DNA of 64,000 nt from Terriglobia bacterium (lineage in GTDB: Bacteria > Acidobacteriota > UBA6911), in assembly GCA_963824985.1 (NCBI GenBank), contig CAWGRQ010000013.1:10630-74629 (forward strand), written 5' to 3'. A model generated the notes under the pieces. The model was not told where the DNA came from and searched no databases. It was given only the letters and a program-made list of their open reading frames with translations. The translations under genes were made by a program, and so were the position numbers. Each line of letters begins with the position of its first letter. Within the stretch, counting starts at the first letter, position 1. Positions 58,700 to 64,000 of this stretch are shown here, one piece after another.

Positions 58700-58728
58700 A
58701 CGCTTTCTGATACCGTTCGGCAGCACCT

Positions 58729-59406
58729 ATGGCGAGAAAAGCCCTGATACTGCTTGGACCACCGGGAGCCGGCAAGGGGACGCAAGCGCGTATGCTGGCG
58801 GACCGCGCGGGCTACCCGGGCATTTCCACGGGGGACGTGCTGCGGGCGGCGGTAGAGAAGCATTCGGAATTGGGGGAACAGGCTCGGAAACTGATGGAGA
58901 CCGGCGAACTGGTTCCCGATGACCTCGTCAATGCGATCATCCGGGGGCGGATTCTCGAGGATAGAGCCCGGCCGGTGTTGATCCTGGACGGGTACCCGAG
59001 AACGCTGGGCCAGGCGGAATTTCTGGAGTCGCTGGCTGCCCGGGAAGGGATCGATACCCTCGCCATCGGTATCATGGTCGAGGATGAGGCCCTGGTGGCA
59101 AGGCTGTCGAAACGATGGAACTGCCCGCGGTGTGGCAGGATCCACAACAACGGGCCGGATGCCGACGGGGATCGCGGTCGTTGCGAGGAATGCGGAGCGA
59201 CCCTGGTCCAACGAAAGGACGACCGACCGGATGTCGTCCGTGAGCGCCTGCAGATTTACCATCGCACGACGCAGCCGCTGATCGACTTTTACCGGCAGCG
59301 CGAACGCTATATTGAGGTGAACGGAGAAGGATCGGCAGACCGGATTTTCGGCCTGATCGTCGCAATCGTCAACGGAGAACAACAGGATCGCACCGCATCG
59401 CAGTAG
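58729..59406 (+). CDS. adk: adenylate kinase (zinc-lid type)
   Basis: 225 aa. [13 protein letters not shown]. Lid CPRCGRIHN...CEECG. Confidence 0.95.
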   Translation: MARKALILLGPPGAGKGTQARMLADRAGYPGISTGDVLRAAVEKHSELGEQARKLMETGELVPDDLVNAIIRGRILEDRARPVLILDGYPRTLGQAEFLESLAAREGIDTLAIGIMVEDEALVARLSKRWNCPRCGRIHNNGPDADGDRGRCEECGATLVQRKDDRPDVVRERLQIYHRTTQPLIDFYRQRERYIEVNGEGSADRIFGLIVAIVNGEQQDRTASQ

Positions 59407-59426
59407 TCGGCGGCGCGGGGTCAATT

Positions 59427-59645
59427 ATGCCCAAAGAGGATGCAATCGAGGTTGTCGGGACCGTGCTCGAAACGCTCCCGAACGCCATGTTCCGGGTGGA
59501 GCTCGAGAACAAACACATGGTATTGGCTCATGTGTCCGGGAAGATGCGCAAGAATTTCATTCGCATTCTGCCCGGCGACAAGATTCTGGTCGAGCTTTCC
59601 CCGTATGATCTGACCCGGGGACGGATTGTCTACCGGTACAAATAG
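59427..59645 (+). CDS. infA: translation initiation factor IF-1
   Basis: 72 aa. [51 protein letters not shown]. Confidence 0.95.
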   Translation: MPKEDAIEVVGTVLETLPNAMFRVELENKHMVLAHVSGKMRKNFIRILPGDKILVELSPYDLTRGRIVYRYK

Positions 59646-59737
59646 GCATGGAGCCGGTTCCTGAGCGGGCCGGATCCGCAGCGCGCCGGGAGGCGCCGGA
59701 CCTCATTGAGCCGTCGCATCGCCGTGGAGTGATTTTT

Positions 59738-59851
59738 ATGAAAGTGCGTTCATCGGTTAAAAAAATCTGTGTCAAGTGCAAGGTCGTACGCCGCAGGGGA
59801 GTGGTGTACATCCAGTGTCCCAACCCCAAGCACAAGCAGCGACAGGGTTGA
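59738..59851 (+). CDS. rpmJ: 50S ribosomal protein L36
   Basis: [37 protein letters not shown] (37 aa) from the ATG at 59738. The ORF-track entry extends it upstream. Confidence 0.9.
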   Translation: MKVRSSVKKICVKCKVVRRRGVVYIQCPNPKHKQRQG

Positions 59852-59887
59852 GGCCGGACTCCTCACTCAGATTCAGGGAGGTTGACT

Positions 59888-60250
59888 GTGGCTAGAATTG
59901 CGGGAGTGGATCTGCCGATCAACAAGCGGGTGCAGATCGGGCTCACATATATCTTCGGCATCGGACGGAGCCGGGCGACGAAAGTCTGCCAGGAAGCCGC
60001 CGTCGATGTCGCCATCAAGGTGAAAGATCTCACCGAAGATCAGATCGTGCGCATCCGGAACATTATCCAGAGAGACGGGATGGTCGAGGGGGATTTGCGC
60101 AAGGCCGTGTCCATGGACATCAAGCGACTCATGGAGATTGGCTGCTATCGCGGCTTGCGGCACCGCCGCGGATTGCCGGTGCACGGGCAGCGGACCCACA
60201 CCAACGCCCGGACCCGCAAGGGACCGCGGCGGATCGTCGGCAAGAAGTAG
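59888..60250 (+). CDS. rpsM: 30S ribosomal protein S13
   Basis: (M)[14 protein letters not shown]... GTG at 59888 with GGGAGG 7 nt upstream. Confidence 0.9.
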   Translation: MARIAGVDLPINKRVQIGLTYIFGIGRSRATKVCQEAAVDVAIKVKDLTEDQIVRIRNIIQRDGMVEGDLRKAVSMDIKRLMEIGCYRGLRHRRGLPVHGQRTHTNARTRKGPRRIVGKK

Positions 60251-60316
60251 CCGCACGGGGGGCCGCGCGGCCCAGTCGGCTGCGTCCAGGCAACGGACCG
60301 GATCAGGAGCGAATCA

Positions 60317-60724
60317 ATGGCGGATAAGGCAAAGAAGACCGGAAAGAAGAAGACGGGGAAAAAGCGGGAGAAACTCATCATCCCGAACGGCATCGCCCAC
60401 ATCCTGGCGACGTTCAACAATACGATCATCAGCATTACCGACCTCGAAGGGAACCTGCTGACCGCCTCCAGTGCGGGTGCTGCCGGTTTCAAGGGGTCGC
60501 GCAAAGGCACTCCGTTCGCCGCGCAGCAGGCGGCGACCACGGCGGCGGCCGGCGTCAAGGAATATGGGCTGCGCTCCTTGCAGGTATTTCTCAAAGGTCC
60601 CGGGGCCGGGCGCGAGTCTGCGGTCCGGGCGCTGCAGGCCGCGGGCATCGAAGTGAAATCCATCCGCGATATCACTCCGATCCCCCACAACGGCTGCCGG
60701 CCGTCCAAGCGTCGCAGGGTTTAA
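60317..60724 (+). CDS. rpsK: 30S ribosomal protein S11
   Basis: 135 aa. [22 protein letters not shown]. Confidence 0.95.
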   Translation: MADKAKKTGKKKTGKKREKLIIPNGIAHILATFNNTIISITDLEGNLLTASSAGAAGFKGSRKGTPFAAQQAATTAAAGVKEYGLRSLQVFLKGPGAGRESAVRALQAAGIEVKSIRDITPIPHNGCRPSKRRRV

Positions 60725-60795
60725 GCGTGGGCGCCGTTCCCGCTCCCGGGAAGGAGATCGGGCGGCACCGCGAAGTTCGTAAGAGGAGAATCAAT

Positions 60796-61428
60796 TTGGC
60801 TAGATATCGCGAAGCAAAATGTCGGCTCTGCCGCCGGGAAGGGATGAAGCTCTTTCTCAAGGGAGACCGGTGCTTCAAGGACACCTGCGCCATCGAAAAG
60901 CGCAATTTCCCTCCGGGCCAGCACGGCCATGACCGGCGTCAGAAGACGGTCGGATACGGGTTGCAGTTGCGGGAGAAGCAGAAGGTGCGCCGCATTTACG
61001 GCGTGCTCGAGCGCCAGTTCGCCAATTACTTCAGCAAAGCCGATAAGAAAAAGGGGATCACCGGGGAAACCCTCCTGCTCTCCCTGGAATGCCGGCTCGA
61101 CAGCGTGGTCTGCCGCCTCGGTTTTGCGGCCTCACGGGATCAGGCGCGCCAGATTGTTGCTCACGGGAATGTCCGTATCAACGGCAAAAAGGCGGATATC
61201 CCGTCGCTCGCGGTTAAAGTAGGCGACGTCATCACCCTGAGGGACAGAACCAAAAAAGTACAGCAGATCCAGGATTCGATCGCCTCGATCGGCGGCCGCG
61301 GCGGCGTGCCGGCCTGGCTGGAGCTCGACGCTGCCAACCTCAAGGGGACCGTCATCGCTCTGCCGAAGCGCGAAGACATACAGATGCCGATCGACGAGCA
61401 GTTGATCGTTGAACTCTATTCGAAGTAG
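60796..61428 (+). CDS. rpsD: 30S ribosomal protein S4
   Basis: (M)ARYREAKCRLCRREGMKLFLKGDRC... TTG at 60796 with GAGGAG 6 nt upstream. Confidence 0.9.
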   Translation: MARYREAKCRLCRREGMKLFLKGDRCFKDTCAIEKRNFPPGQHGHDRRQKTVGYGLQLREKQKVRRIYGVLERQFANYFSKADKKKGITGETLLLSLECRLDSVVCRLGFAASRDQARQIVAHGNVRINGKKADIPSLAVKVGDVITLRDRTKKVQQIQDSIASIGGRGGVPAWLELDAANLKGTVIALPKREDIQMPIDEQLIVELYSK

Positions 61429-61554
61429 CGGGCACGGCTCCAGGGCAGGGGCATGGACATTCGGTGGTGACCGCCGGAAGGGCGCTGCGGCGGCTGCGTA
61501 TTGACAGCCGAAACCGGAACGCCTGGCCGCGGGACCGAGCTAATGGAGACGGAT

Positions 61555-62544
61555 ATGACCAAGGGTTTTCAAAAACCGAAACGACTGATTTGCGACCACG
61601 AGACGTTGAGCCCGACCTACGGGCAGTTTTATGCCCAGCCATTTGAACGCGGATTCGGCACGACGATCGGAAATGCGATGCGCCGGGTCCTCCTGTCGTC
61701 GATCGAAGGGGCGGCCATCACCGCGGTCAAAATCGAAGGGGTCTTGCACGAGTTCACTCCGATTCCCAATGTAACCGAGGACGCGACCAACATCATCATG
61801 AATCTGAAGCAGATCCCGATCCTCCTGCATGGGGATCAGGCGCGGACCATCTATCTCGAGGTGGATCAGGCCGGGGAGGTTACGTCGAGCCGCATTTCCG
61901 CCGACCCGGAGGTGGAGATCCTCGACCCGAACGTCCACATCGCAACCATCGGCGATGGCGGGACTCTGAAGATCGAGATGCGCATCAAGAACGGCCGCGG
62001 CTATGTTCCCGCGGACGAAAATTTCGAGGAAGACCTGCCGATCGGCTACATCCCGCTGGACAGCGTGCACTCCCCGATCAAGAGGGTCAATTACAGCGTC
62101 GAGGCCGCCCGCCTTGGCCAGACGACCGACTACGACAAGCTCATCCTCGACGTGTGGACCAACGGCTGCATCAAGCCGCAGGATGCCATTGGACAGGCCG
62201 CAAAGATCATGAAGGACCACATGCAGATCTTCATCAATTTTGAGGAAGGTCCCGACGTGGTGGAGGAAGTGCCCAATCCGGCGGATGCCCGGATCGAGGA
62301 AAATCTCAAGCGGTCCGTCGAGGAACTTGAATTGTCGGTCCGCTCCTACAATTGCCTCAAGAACGCCGACATCAAGACCATCGGGGAACTGGTTCAGAAA
62401 ACCGAAGGGGAAATGCTCAAAACCAAGAATTTCGGCCGCAAGTCCTTGAACGAAATCAAGGAAATCCTGTCGGAAATGGGTTTGTCGTTCGGCATGAAGC
62501 TTGGTGATGACGGCAGGCCGCTGCCTGCACCCAAGCCGGAATAA
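61555..62544 (+). CDS. rpoA: DNA-directed RNA polymerase subunit alpha
   Basis: [11 protein letters not shown]...[25 protein letters not shown] lies 6 nt upstream of the ATG at 61555; ATG 61543 is an alternative. Confidence 0.9.
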   Translation: MTKGFQKPKRLICDHETLSPTYGQFYAQPFERGFGTTIGNAMRRVLLSSIEGAAITAVKIEGVLHEFTPIPNVTEDATNIIMNLKQIPILLHGDQARTIYLEVDQAGEVTSSRISADPEVEILDPNVHIATIGDGGTLKIEMRIKNGRGYVPADENFEEDLPIGYIPLDSVHSPIKRVNYSVEAARLGQTTDYDKLILDVWTNGCIKPQDAIGQAAKIMKDHMQIFINFEEGPDVVEEVPNPADARIEENLKRSVEELELSVRSYNCLKNADIKTIGELVQKTEGEMLKTKNFGRKSLNEIKEILSEMGLSFGMKLGDDGRPLPAPKPE

Positions 62545-62580
62545 CCGGGGAGAACCTGAAGGACATCGGAGATTTCATTC

Positions 62581-63027
62581 ATGAGACATCGAAACGCCGG
62601 CAGAAAGCTGGGACGTAAAACTCCCCACCGCATCAGCATGTTCCGCAACCTGGTGACTTCGCTCCTGGACAAGGAGCGGGTCCGCACCACACTGCCCCGG
62701 GCCAAGGAAGTGCGCCCGATCGCAGAACGGATGATCACTCTCGGCAAGCGGGAATCGCTGCATGCCCGGCGACAGGCCCTGGCTTTCGTCAAGGATCCCG
62801 AGGTGGTGGCCAAGCTGTTCAAGACGCTGGCGCCGCGCTTCGCCAGCCGCAACGGCGGATACACGCGCATCGTTCGCCTGGGTTTCCGCCAGGGCGATGG
62901 CGCCCAGATGGCTATTCTCGAACTGATCGGCAGCGGATACAAGGCATCCAAGGCCGAAGAGAAGAAAGGCGCCAAGAAGGCGAAAAAGGCGGAGAAAGCG
63001 GAGCCTGCGGCTGAAGGCAAGAAATAG
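62581..63027 (+). CDS. rplQ: 50S ribosomal protein L17 with Lys/Ala-rich tail
   Basis: 148 aa. [17 protein letters not shown]... Confidence 0.95.
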   Translation: MRHRNAGRKLGRKTPHRISMFRNLVTSLLDKERVRTTLPRAKEVRPIAERMITLGKRESLHARRQALAFVKDPEVVAKLFKTLAPRFASRNGGYTRIVRLGFRQGDGAQMAILELIGSGYKASKAEEKKGAKKAKKAEKAEPAAEGKK

Positions 63028-63058
63028 GCCGCCGGCGTCGCCACTTTCGGAGACCGGG

Positions 63059-63694
63059 ATGGAAGCAGGTTCCGGTCCTGAGCCTTGGTTTTACCCTAAT
63101 ATGACTTTCGATAAGGTTCCTCAGGCAAAGTTACCCACCCGCTTCGGGGAATTCACGATCTATGGTTTTCGCGATTCGGTGACGGGAGAGGAAGCCGTCG
63201 CCCTGGTCGTCGGCGATCTCCACCTCGAGGACCCCGTCCTGGTTCGTGTCCACTCCCAATGCCTGACCGGGGACGTTCTGGCTTCGGAGCGCTGCGATTG
63301 TGGGGATCAGCTGCACGAAGCCATGCGCCTCATTTCCCTTAGCGGGCGCGGAGTGCTGGTCTACCAACAGCAGGAAGGGCGCGGCATCGGCCTGATCAAC
63401 AAGATCCACGCCTATGAATTGCAGGATCAGGGGTTGGATACGGTTGCCGCCAACCTGGAACTGGGTTTCCAGGCCGACCAGCGTGAATATCGCCTTCCGG
63501 CAGAGGTCCTGAAATACCTTGGGGCGGTACGGATACGCCTGCTGTCGAACAACCCCGACAAGGTGCTTGGCCTGGAAAGGGAGGGAATCAGGATCGATGA
63601 GCGAGTGCCCCTGGAAATCTCCCCGAACTCCTCAACCCATGAATACCTCAAAATCAAAAAAGAAAAACTCGGCCACATTCTCTCCAAAGTGTGA
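63059..63694 (+). CDS. ribA: GTP cyclohydrolase II
   Basis: 211 aa. [39 protein letters not shown] lies 6 nt upstream of the ATG. Confidence 0.9.
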   Translation: MEAGSGPEPWFYPNMTFDKVPQAKLPTRFGEFTIYGFRDSVTGEEAVALVVGDLHLEDPVLVRVHSQCLTGDVLASERCDCGDQLHEAMRLISLSGRGVLVYQQQEGRGIGLINKIHAYELQDQGLDTVAANLELGFQADQREYRLPAEVLKYLGAVRIRLLSNNPDKVLGLEREGIRIDERVPLEISPNSSTHEYLKIKKEKLGHILSKV

Positions 63695-63785
63695 GCCCCG
63701 GACTCCCTTTCAGGCCCGCCCCAGCCCGGCACCCGGATCCAATCCGAATGCATCCGCGTTCTTCCGTATCCTTCTCCGAAAATAG

Positions 63786-63945
63786 CTCTTTGCGCCCTCG
63801 CGTCATTGCGTTAAAACAGATCAACGCAAGGACGCCAAGACGCAAAGTCGCAAAGCCAAAAGATTTTCAGGCGTCACTGGGTGCGCCACGGCGCATGAGG
63901 AGCTGCGATGTCCGGCTTCGTGAATAACGGGCTAAACAGTCAGTG
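63786..63945. repeat. palindromic repeat element, family B variant
   Basis: CTCTTTGCGCCCTCGCGTCATTGCGTT-AAAACAGATC-AACGCAAGGACGCCAAGACGCAAAGTCGCAAAG forms an imperfect hairpin built from the same CGCAAAG units as 7541-7577/7738-7770. GGCTAAACAG recurs at 63930-63939 (compare 7783-7792). Confidence 0.65.
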
Positions 63946-64000
63946 TCGGGTGCCTGTCTTTCCACTCGGTCGCCTGTTCGAATGCCAGGGCGATGCGGCA

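Noticed and set aside
57308-58726. 472-aa minus-strand ORF opposite secY
   Set aside because: An antisense shadow ORF typical of high-GC DNA. The sense strand encodes an unmistakable SecY.

Overview
High-GC bacterial chromosome segment. An ADOP-like permease remnant hints at an Acidobacteria-like source, but I cannot verify that here. About two thirds of the window is conserved housekeeping: pyrR-pyrC, ffh-rpsP-KH-rimM-trmD-rplS-rnhB, argS, larC, a PBP1A, and a complete str/S10/spc/alpha ribosomal supercluster (rpsL to rplQ, 43.4-63.0 kb). The unusual material is at 0-12.5 kb. First comes an anti-sigma factor fused to a 2-ATPase/2-permease ABC system, one permease carrying discoidin-like signatures. 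Then comes a decaying accessory zone with gene remnants, a MITE-like nested palindrome, and, on the minus strand at 9.26-9.42 kb, what reads as a fluoride (crcB-motif) riboswitch. That riboswitch has a multi-hairpin terminator platform and drives a non-canonical cargo: an uncharacterised 237-aa protein plus a metallophosphoesterase interrupted by an in-frame TAG. Other anomalies are apparent 1-nt frameshifts in rplS and rplD, a sharply different NNG codon dialect confined to tuf, two families of palindromic repeat elements at convergent gene 3' ends, a 24-bp tandem duplication upstream of rpsL, and a 160-bp spacer inside the S10 operon. No rRNA, tRNA or CRISPR array was recognised. All family calls come from motif reading by eye, with no database search.
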